This document shows, one piece after another, positions 17,067-22,947 of a DNA stretch of 49,373 nt (its first letter is position 1; every line of letters begins with the position of its first letter). Source of the stretch: a virus; the IMG/VR virus record IMGVR_UViG_3300017613_000725, positions 1 to 49,373 of that record. One strand, given 5' to 3'. A program made the position numbers and the translations under genes. The notes beneath the pieces were generated by a model. It was not told the origin of the DNA. It saw only the letters and a list, made by a program, of their open reading frames with translations, and searched no databases.

Positions 17067-17195
17067 TTATAACGGCTATCATCACTTGCCGCCGAACTTC
17101 AAAAATAAGGAAAACTAAAATGGAAAGCAAAACATCTTCCTCTAATTCAGAAGCGCAGACTGCTATAGGCGGTCAAGTGGATGAATTGGTTATAC
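17067..17195 (+). repeat. junction unit C (TTATAAC...GTTATAC, 129 nt)
   Basis: 5' TATAACGGC + CGGC-N11-GCCG hairpin; 3' box GGTCAAGTGGATGAATTGGTTATAC falls in codons 18-26 of CDS 17120. Confidence 0.55.
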
Positions 17196-17398
17196 TGCGG
17201 AAAGGAAAATGGAATGATAAATTATTAAATAAATTAATAGAAGATTGGAAAAGTTTTGGATGGAGATTAAGACTTTTAAACCAAGATCCTGGTGATGAAA
17301 ATTATCACCTTGCCAATATTGTCTTAAATCATTTAATACAGCACGAACCAGAAAAGTTTAAAGATATAAGAAAAAAACATTGTCTTACATTTAAATAA
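17120..17398 (+). CDS. hypothetical protein whose N-terminal leader is homologous to that of CDS 20330
   Basis: AAGGAA SD; MESKTSSSNSEAQTAIGGQVDELVILRKG compared with MSDKNENNNSELTEPTGEGQVELLVMLRP. Confidence 0.6.
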   Translation: MESKTSSSNSEAQTAIGGQVDELVILRKGKWNDKLLNKLIEDWKSFGWRLRLLNQDPGDENYHLANIVLNHLIQHEPEKFKDIRKKHCLTFK

Positions 17399-17404
17399 AG
17401 AGCA

Positions 17405-17462
17405 GTATAACGGCTAACATAAGCGGTGCGCTGTTTGCATCCGCTTGATGTATTTGTTATAC
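17405..17462 (+). repeat. junction unit D (GTATAAC...GTTATAC, 58 nt compound hairpin)
   Basis: Outer 7-bp stem; inner ACATAAGCGG / CCGCTT(g)ATGT stem around a 14-nt loop. Confidence 0.7.
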
Positions 17463-17483
17463 ACCGAAACGAAAGGATTGGAC

Positions 17484-17720
17484 ATGAAGCCATTAGACTT
17501 TATAAGAGTCAAAGAAACTGGTAGTATAGGTATGATAACAGAAGTTTCAACAACACAAGGGATTTATTCTGCATCCGTTGAATTTCTAAATTGTTTTACA
17601 GGAGAAAAAACTGCTTGGTGGAATGATGATGAATTTGAAATTATTGATAACTTACCAGATTTATTGGCAAGAGAATTAAAACATCCATTTGGAAATGATT
17701 CTTTACAACCATTCAAATAG
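17484..17720 (+). CDS. hypothetical protein
   Basis: Start moved to the ATG after AAAGGA; the track TTG start lies inside unit D. Confidence 0.55.
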   Translation: MKPLDFIRVKETGSIGMITEVSTTQGIYSASVEFLNCFTGEKTAWWNDDEFEIIDNLPDLLARELKHPFGNDSLQPFK

Positions 17721-17722
17721 GT

Positions 17723-17843
17723 GTATAACGGCAGGGGCTTAACCGGTTGTGAAAATAGAAAGGGATAAAATGATAATAACAATTAAAGACGAATTACCAG
17801 AAGATGAAATTAAACGTATTGAACAGGTTGAACTTAGTTATAT
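17723..17843 (+). repeat. junction unit E (GTATAAC...GTTATAT, 121 nt)
   Basis: 5' GTATAACGGCAGGGGCTTAAC, a 21-nt sequence identical to 19912-19932; 3' box CAGGTTGAACTTAGTTATAT inside the 5' end of the methyltransferase CDS. Confidence 0.55.
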
Positions 17844-18564
17844 GTACGGTGGAGAAAAAATGGGAGTTACTTATAATAATTTCAATATTAACAGTCCGGT
17901 TGAAGCCTTGGTTAGTTTGCCATACTATGAAGAAGATGGGATAACTATATACAACGCAGATTGCCGAATAATGATGCAAGCATTACGCCCAAGTTGGATT
18001 ATTACCGATCCGCCTTATGGAATAAACTATGATGGCTCTGGATATAAAAAGTGGAGTGGGCAGAAACAGACTTGGGATAAAATTAAGAACGATGATGGAT
18101 GTTATGATTTAGAATTTCTATTTAAGGCGGAAGGGAATAAGGTGGTTTTTGGGGCGGACAATTTTATAAACTTTATAACAAGTAAAGGAAGTTGGATAAT
18201 TTGGGATAAACGGGTTAATGATAAAAACGATAAAATGTTTGGCAATCCGATTGAAATGGCTTGGAATAGTTTGGAGGGATTACACAAGATTTATAGGATA
18301 CAGCACGGCGGAGTAGTTAACGCTGATTCGATTTATGGGAATAATGAAAAAAGAGTACACCCGACACAAAAACCAGTGAGGCTATTTTATAAAGTTATTG
18401 AAGATTTTACAGAGCAGAATGATTTTATACTTGACCCGTTTATGGGAAGTGGAACGACTTTAATAGCCGCACGTAAACTTGGGCGTAAGGCAACGGGAAT
18501 TGAAATTAATAAAAAATATTGTGATATAGCAATAAGACGATTAAGCCAAATGGAAATGTTTTGA
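17770..18564 (+). CDS. DNA methyltransferase, N6_N4_Mtase family (DPPY type, probably m6A)
   Basis: ITDPPYG (motif IV), HPTQKP, DPFMGSGTT (motif I) in beta-class order. Confidence 0.9.
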   Translation: MIITIKDELPEDEIKRIEQVELSYMYGGEKMGVTYNNFNINSPVEALVSLPYYEEDGITIYNADCRIMMQALRPSWIITDPPYGINYDGSGYKKWSGQKQTWDKIKNDDGCYDLEFLFKAEGNKVVFGADNFINFITSKGSWIIWDKRVNDKNDKMFGNPIEMAWNSLEGLHKIYRIQHGGVVNADSIYGNNEKRVHPTQKPVRLFYKVIEDFTEQNDFILDPFMGSGTTLIAARKLGRKATGIEINKKYCDIAIRRLSQMEMF

Positions 18565-18576
18565 GAATAGGACAAA

Positions 18577-18630
18577 CTAACAATAAGCTCACCTGCATCG
18601 CCTTGCGATGTCTGGTGGAGCGATAGTTAG
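18577..18630 (+). repeat. junction unit J (CTAAC...GTTAG, 54-nt compound hairpin)
   Basis: CTAAC/GTTAG, CTCACC/GGTG(G)AG and CATCGC-ctt-GCGATG nested stems. Confidence 0.65.
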
Positions 18631-18652
18631 AAACTATTTTAAGGAGTAAATA

Positions 18653-18877
18653 ATGACAGGGAAAGAAATGTTAAAAATGTGGCTCATTGGGAATGCGGGG
18701 ATAGAGCTTACCGAAGGGCTGATTGAAACCAAAGTCTATCAAGACCAGTGGAAATTCGGGCTTCATTATGAACCAGGTACTCTTTCTCGTTATTTCAGAG
18801 ATGTTAGAGATAATTTAGGGAAGTTCACTTGTAGGGAAGTTGAAAACCGAAAATATAAAACCTGGATTGTGGTGTGA
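18653..18877 (+). CDS. hypothetical protein
   Basis: AAGGAG SD. Confidence 0.6.
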   Translation: MTGKEMLKMWLIGNAGIELTEGLIETKVYQDQWKFGLHYEPGTLSRYFRDVRDNLGKFTCREVENRKYKTWIVV

Positions 18878-19266
18878 AAGAGAAAACTCACAAACAACTC
18901 ATTAAGGACTTAGATGCGATTTACTCAAAGTACATTCGCAAGCAAGCCGTTTACAATAGTGAGGGATTGGCTAAGTGTTACACCTGCGATCAAGTCAAGA
19001 GCTGGAAGTCAATGGATTGCGGGCATTATGTTTCCAGGAGGATTTTATCAACGAGATTTTTCGAGAAGAATACAAAAATTCAGTGTAAAAAATGTAATGT
19101 TTTCAGTGAAGGCAATAAACCACGCTTTGCTATTGAACTCCAGAAAGAATACGGCAAGGGGGTGCTTGAAGAACTTGATAGCTTATCCCGAATATTGGTT
19201 AAGTATGATAGAAACAAATTACAAAATATGATATTTTACTATAAAAAGAAGTTTGAGGCAATATGA
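18874..19266 (+). CDS. NinG-like recombination-associated protein
   Basis: CYTCDQ...CGHYVSRR...RFFEKNTKIQCKKCNVFSEGN resembles the lambda NinG family pattern; GTG start overlaps the upstream stop. Confidence 0.5.
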   Translation: MKEKTHKQLIKDLDAIYSKYIRKQAVYNSEGLAKCYTCDQVKSWKSMDCGHYVSRRILSTRFFEKNTKIQCKKCNVFSEGNKPRFAIELQKEYGKGVLEELDSLSRILVKYDRNKLQNMIFYYKKKFEAI

Positions 19267-19508
19267 AAACAGCAGATTTAGATTACTATAAAAATGTAGC
19301 GGAGACTCAACAATGTATTTCAGTATTGATACCGGAATTGCTTGATTTGATTGATGATGTAGAAGCTGAGCGCAAGGAATTGCTTGGTTTGATTGATAAG
19401 ATGATAGAAGAAGCTAAACCATATTTAAGAACAGGCAGAAAATTAGAAGCACAAATCCAGATAAATGTACTAACCGAACTTAAAAAGGAGATAAAAAATG
19501 TGGAATAA
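19263..19508 (+). CDS. hypothetical coiled-coil protein
   Basis: ATGA overlap with the upstream gene. Confidence 0.6.
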   Translation: MKTADLDYYKNVAETQQCISVLIPELLDLIDDVEAERKELLGLIDKMIEEAKPYLRTGRKLEAQIQINVLTELKKEIKNVE

Positions 19509-19590
19509 CGCTAAAATAAAAAAATTGACCATACTTATTGCTGTTTTTGTAGTCTGTGTAATTTTAACAGTTATATTTTGGATATTGTAA
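19498..19590 (+). CDS. 30-aa single-TM peptide
   Basis: AAGGAG SD; LTILIAVFVVCVILTVIFWIL. Confidence 0.35.
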   Translation: MWNNAKIKKLTILIAVFVVCVILTVIFWIL

Positions 19591-19620
19591 AAGATTATTA
19601 CAGAGTTAATAAAACCGACA

Positions 19621-19917
19621 ATGCACGAAATAATAAATATAAGATGTGAGTTTTGTGGTAAACCAAGACAGAGCGATGGCTACCACGGTTTGATGGTTTG
19701 TTGTAAAAATCCTAAATTGACCGAAGCTGCAAGCGAGGTCAATGTTGATTTGCTGGTTAGACCTAAAATTGCGGAATGGATTGATAATAAAATAAGAAAA
19801 AATTTAGAATTTGAAGTATATGCCAGATTAGATGAACGTGATTGGGGAAGATTTAGAGGGAAGCAGGAATTATTGGATGAACTTAAAGAGATGATTGAAA
19901 GCAATTTTACGGTATAA
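19621..19917 (+). CDS. hypothetical protein, paralogue of 19961..20278
   Basis: Shares LTEAASEVNVD at the same offset from the start; stop TAA lies inside TATAACGG. Confidence 0.6.
   Translation: MHEIINIRCEFCGKPRQSDGYHGLMVCCKNPKLTEAASEVNVDLLVRPKIAEWIDNKIRKNLEFEVYARLDERDWGRFRGKQELLDELKEMIESNFTV
19716..19775 (+). repeat. R1: intragenic repeat with hairpin TTGACC-N14-GGTCAA and 3' box
   Basis: 35 nt (19716-19750) identical to 20056-20090; similarity continues for about 60 nt. Confidence 0.9.
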
Positions 19918-19938
19918 CGGCAGGGGCTTAACTTGCCG
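19912..19938 (+). repeat. 5' box GTATAACGGCAGGGGCTTAAC with CGGCA/TGCCG hairpin
   Basis: 21-nt exact copy of 17723-17743. Confidence 0.85.
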
Positions 19939-19960
19939 AGCATAAACATAGGAGATTAGA

Positions 19961-20278
19961 ATGGATATAGAAAAAATAAGAGAAGAATTTTATAATGATT
20001 TTGGTGATTTGAAAGGTTTTAGTAAAAGCATTATGTGGAATTGGATAAAAACCAGATTGACCGAAGCTGCAAGCGAGGTCAATGTTGATTCGCAAGTTAG
20101 CCCTAAAATTGTGGACTTTGGACATTCTGATTTACCAAAAGAAGAACGTAATAGAATTATTCTACTTGCTATTGATAATACCATTAACCCCAAAAGAAAG
20201 ATAACCTTTGAACAAGCAGATTGGTTACGGTTTATATCTGTATTAAGAAAAGAAGGCTGGAAAATTGTGAAGTGTTAG
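19961..20278 (+). CDS. hypothetical protein, paralogue of 19621..19917
   Basis: GGAG SD; conserved LTEAASEVNVD segment. Confidence 0.6.
   Translation: MDIEKIREEFYNDFGDLKGFSKSIMWNWIKTRLTEAASEVNVDSQVSPKIVDFGHSDLPKEERNRIILLAIDNTINPKRKITFEQADWLRFISVLRKEGWKIVKC
20056..20115 (+). repeat. R2: second copy of the intragenic repeat
   Basis: Exactly 340 bp from R1; both copies begin 95 nt after their own ATG. Confidence 0.9.
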
Positions 20279-20284
20279 CAATTA

Positions 20285-20316
20285 AACCTAACGGTTAGGC
20301 AAATAACCTGCCTACC
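20285..20316 (+). repeat. junction element ACCTAAC-G-GTTAGGC plus hairpin with GGCAAATAA loop
   Basis: CCTAAC/GTTAGG palindrome; GGT(T)AGGCA-aataacc-TGCCTACC stem. Confidence 0.6.
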
Positions 20317-20329
20317 AAAATAAGAAGAT

Positions 20330-21142
20330 ATGTCTGATAAAAATGAAAATAATAATTCAGAACTGACCGAGCCAACAGGCGAAGGTCAGGTTGAGTTGCT
20401 TGTTATGTTGCGCCCGCTTCTTTACAAAATACACAATGAAGATTGTAGAGAAACTTTAGCAAAGCTACCGGCAGAGAGTATTGATTTAATAGTAACAAGC
20501 CCGCCTTATAATAAAAAGAGTGTGAACAGGAAATGTGGGAAAACTGATAGCTGGATGAAGGCGAATATAAATTATGGAACTTATAATGATGATTTACCAG
20601 AGAATGAATACCAAGAATGGCAAAAGAAAGTATTGAGGGAAATGGTGCGGGTGATAAAGCCCGAAGGAAGTATTTTTTATAACCATAAAGTTAGGATAAT
20701 AAACCACAGAGCAATAATACCAACAGAGTGGTTAAATGAATTTAATATACGGCAAGTTTTGATTTGGGATAGGGGTAATTCGCCACAGATAGCACCTATC
20801 CGATGGCTACCAACGACAGAATATATTTACTGGATTACAAAAACAAATACACAGCCTAAATTTTATAAACGTTCAAAGCATTTAGCGGAAGTATTGAGAA
20901 TATCTGCGAAACCCACAAATGACCATCCCGCACCGTTCCCTGAAGAATTGGTAGAAACGTTAATATTAAACACAACAGATGGAAGCGATGTAGTCTATGA
21001 CCCATTTAGTGGAAGTGGGACAGCCTGTAGAGTCGCAGACAGATTGGGGCGGGCTTGGTTTGGGAGTGAAATATCAGAGAGGTATTGCTCGGTAGCTTTG
21101 CGGAATATAAAAAGTGATTTATTTACTAAGGCGACAACATAA
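20330..21142 (+). CDS. DNA methyltransferase, N6_N4_Mtase family (SPPY type, possibly m4C); alternative start 20405
   Basis: VTSPPYN, HPAPFPEEL, DPFSGSGT. The 25-codon N-terminal extension consists of the repeat element. Confidence 0.9.
   Translation: MSDKNENNNSELTEPTGEGQVELLVMLRPLLYKIHNEDCRETLAKLPAESIDLIVTSPPYNKKSVNRKCGKTDSWMKANINYGTYNDDLPENEYQEWQKKVLREMVRVIKPEGSIFYNHKVRIINHRAIIPTEWLNEFNIRQVLIWDRGNSPQIAPIRWLPTTEYIYWITKTNTQPKFYKRSKHLAEVLRISAKPTNDHPAPFPEELVETLILNTTDGSDVVYDPFSGSGTACRVADRLGRAWFGSEISERYCSVALRNIKSDLFTKATT
20353..20407 (+). repeat. M2: repeat element inside the 5' end of the methyltransferase ORF
   Basis: TAATTCAGAA + CTGACC-N15-GGTCAG + TTGAGTTGCTTGTTATG. The stem differs from R1/R2 by a compensatory T:A to C:G change. 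Confidence 0.7.
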
Positions 21143-21213
21143 CGTACAAGCTAAACTGCAACGAAGCGAAAATCGAGGACACAGTAAGTTGTCAGATTTG
21201 AGCGGTTGGTTAG
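21137..21213 (+). repeat. junction unit H (ACATAAC...GTTAG)
   Basis: Stop TAA lies in the ATAACG box; hairpin AAATC..GACA-N8-TGTC..GATTT; 3' box GAGCGGTTGGTTAG. Confidence 0.55.
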
Positions 21214-21227
21214 AAAGGAGATTAACA

Positions 21228-21590
21228 ATGACTAAGAAAGAAGAGATAAATGGTAAGCTAAACAGTATTTTGTTTTCCGCCTATATCACAGGTAAAGAAA
21301 ATGGGGATAACAGAACCTTTCACAAATGGGAGGAAGAAAACCAAGTATGCAAACTATTTCTTAAAGAGGTTGGACAATACGGTAGAGATGAAAGGGTGGA
21401 TGAGTTGGATAAGATAGCAGAAGATTGTCCTAATTGTCCGAATCAAGGATGGTATGAAGTAACTGGCACATATATAAATCCCAATAATGGTGAACCAGAA
21501 CCGCAACAAGAACAAGAACAATGCCAATTTTGTTATGAACAGAAAAATTCACGTTTTAATATTGAAAACAGAATAAAAGAATTAGAATGA
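21228..21590 (+). CDS. Cys-rich hypothetical protein
   Basis: Start at the ATG after AAAGGAG; CPNCPN...CQFC. Confidence 0.6.
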   Translation: MTKKEEINGKLNSILFSAYITGKENGDNRTFHKWEEENQVCKLFLKEVGQYGRDERVDELDKIAEDCPNCPNQGWYEVTGTYINPNNGEPEPQQEQEQCQFCYEQKNSRFNIENRIKELE

Positions 21591-21706
21591 TAATGATAAT
21601 AGCAATTAGCATATTCACAGCGATAGGTATTTGCACTTGTGTGTTGTTATTCTTTGGTGCTGTTGGTGAAATTGAATCAAAAGACTTAGAAAGGAAACAT
21701 AAATGA
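21587..21706 (+). CDS. 39-aa membrane peptide
   Basis: ATGA overlaps at both ends; IMIIAISIFTAIGICTCVLLFFGAV. Confidence 0.4.
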   Translation: MIMIIAISIFTAIGICTCVLLFFGAVGEIESKDLERKHK

Positions 21707-21801
21707 GCATAAGAAAAATGGAAACTGAATTTGCTGTCATTTTTACGATTATCTGTTTAAGTGGATTGTTAGGACTGCTAATGTTCTTTGGTGTATTATG
21801 A
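21703..21801 (+). CDS. 32-aa membrane peptide
   Basis: ATGA overlaps at both ends; FAVIFTIICLSGLLGLLMFFGVL. Confidence 0.4.
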   Translation: MSIRKMETEFAVIFTIICLSGLLGLLMFFGVL

Positions 21802-22055
21802 AAACTTACCCTAAAATTGACACATATAGAGGGGAAGCGTGGACGGATGTTGTTACGAGATGGGGGGATATATTCGGCTGTAAAATTGAATTTGCTGTTA
21901 AGTGCTGCCCTGGTTGCGGAGAGAGTTGGCAGCCGATAGGAACGAGAAACAAAGGACACAAAAAGTATGATAAATTTGGGAAGGGCTGGGGTTTTGGCTT
22001 GGGGTTAAGAAAGGAGGTTTGTCCTGAGTGTGAAGAAAAAAGAAGCGAAATATAA
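21798..22055 (+). CDS. zinc-ribbon protein
   Basis: CCPGCG...CPECE. Confidence 0.55.
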   Translation: MKTYPKIDTYRGEAWTDVVTRWGDIFGCKIEFAVKCCPGCGESWQPIGTRNKGHKKYDKFGKGWGFGLGLRKEVCPECEEKRSEI

Positions 22056-22209
22056 AACAGGTACGATTTACACAATAACTGCAAAACGTTACGTTGACGG
22101 CAAAGACAAGGTTATGATCCGAGACATCAAGGGCGAAGATATCCAGAACTTCATAAAAGAGAAATTACAAAGAGCCAGACTTTTTTGGGTACACGAGAAA
22201 GATGGGTAA
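22030..22209 (+). CDS. 59-aa hypothetical protein (GTG start)
   Basis: GAAAGGAGG upstream; last rightward ORF before the convergent terminator. Confidence 0.35.
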   Translation: MKKKEAKYKTGTIYTITAKRYVDGKDKVMIRDIKGEDIQNFIKEKLQRARLFWVHEKDG

Positions 22210-22240
22210 CTTACACGCATACCCTTTTAACGAGCATAGA

Positions 22241-22265
22241 GGGGTGCTGACAGCACGAACACCCC
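22241..22265. terminator. hairpin at the convergent gene boundary
   Basis: GGGGTG...CACCCC with alternative inner GTGCTG-a-CAGCAC pairing, between the + stop at 22209 and the - stop at 22266. Confidence 0.4.
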
Positions 22266-22457
22266 CTACCCCCACTTGGCAGCTCTTAAATTTAACAGAT
22301 TTTTCAAAGTCGCAAAATTAAGATTGCCCGATTCAGTAACGATTGACACCCCATTATAGAGCTTATCTGCCTTTTCACACGCTTCTTTAGGCGTTTTAGC
22401 TTCTTGAGGTGCTTTAATACACCCTGTTTTAGTTATAGTATGGACTGTGTATATCAT
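22266..22457 (-). CDS. hypothetical protein
   Basis: Track ORF at the distal end of the leftward operon. Confidence 0.55.
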   Translation of the reverse strand: MIYTVHTITKTGCIKAPQEAKTPKEACEKADKLYNGVSIVTESGNLNFATLKNLLNLRAAKWG

Positions 22458-22465
22458 TTCTTCAC

Positions 22466-22630
22466 CTAATTTTTATTTATATGTTTAGACTCTTCTGCCC
22501 AATCCTTATGCGTGTAGTATTCGTGAGTAGATTCCATATTCTCTTTCGCTTTTTCAACAGCTACCCTCGCGACCCAGCCGACTAAGAAACCGGCAAAAGC
22601 CACACCTGCTAATATTATAATCAGTTCCAT
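22466..22630 (-). CDS. 54-aa N-terminally anchored membrane protein
   Basis: GGAG SD; MELIIILAGVAFAGFLVGWV; below the track cutoff. Confidence 0.45.
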   Translation of the reverse strand: MELIIILAGVAFAGFLVGWVARVAVEKAKENMESTHEYYTHKDWAEESKHINKN

Positions 22631-22631
22631 T

Positions 22632-22883
22632 TTATTCTCCTTTCGTTTTGTTGATGGTTTCTCTTAATCTTCTCATTGTAAAGCTATCTTCTTCATCTTC
22701 TCTCTTCCAGCTTTCTAATTGGTCTAACGCTTCCTCACACGCTTCTAACAGATCAGCGTTGATGCTTTCAAGCTCTTCAATATATTCTTGAGGTTCTTCA
22801 TACCTTTTATGGTGGTATTCTTGTGCTTCTAATGAATGGAAGCTTTTGGCGCAACTATTTCTGCCACAAATTTTACAACTCAT
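22632..22883 (-). CDS. highly acidic small protein with an N-terminal Cys cluster
   Basis: About one third D/E; CKICGRNSC. Confidence 0.6.
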   Translation of the reverse strand: MSCKICGRNSCAKSFHSLEAQEYHHKRYEEPQEYIEELESINADLLEACEEALDQLESWKREDEEDSFTMRRLRETINKTKGE

Positions 22884-22947
22884 CTCTTCCTCCTATATAA
22901 AATAGTTAATAAAAATATAAAATAAGGTATATCGAATTTAAGATGTT

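Noticed and set aside
18914-19231. 105-aa ORF in an alternative frame inside the NinG-like gene
   Set aside because: It is fully nested in CDS 18874..19266, which has recognisable Cys motifs. It is a shadow ORF.
19716-20115. Diversity-generating retroelement (TR/VR pair) as an explanation for the R1/R2 repeat
   Set aside because: No reverse transcriptase is encoded. The mismatches between the copies are not adenine-specific, and the repeat is only 35-60 nt.
16199-21213. A bona fide integron
   Set aside because: No IntI-type tyrosine recombinase, attI or Pc promoter is present anywhere in the closed genome. Only the attC-like geometry of the junction units is retained, as a hypothesis.
16199-21213. 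CRISPR array as an explanation for the repeated junction elements
   Set aside because: The repeats are not identical or regularly spaced. The 'spacers' are 100-900-bp protein-coding genes, and there are no cas genes.
21615-21959. 114-aa minus-strand ORF
   Set aside because: It is opposite a chain of four ATGA-coupled plus-strand genes. It would be the only minus gene in a 22-kb plus block, with no RBS and an odd composition.
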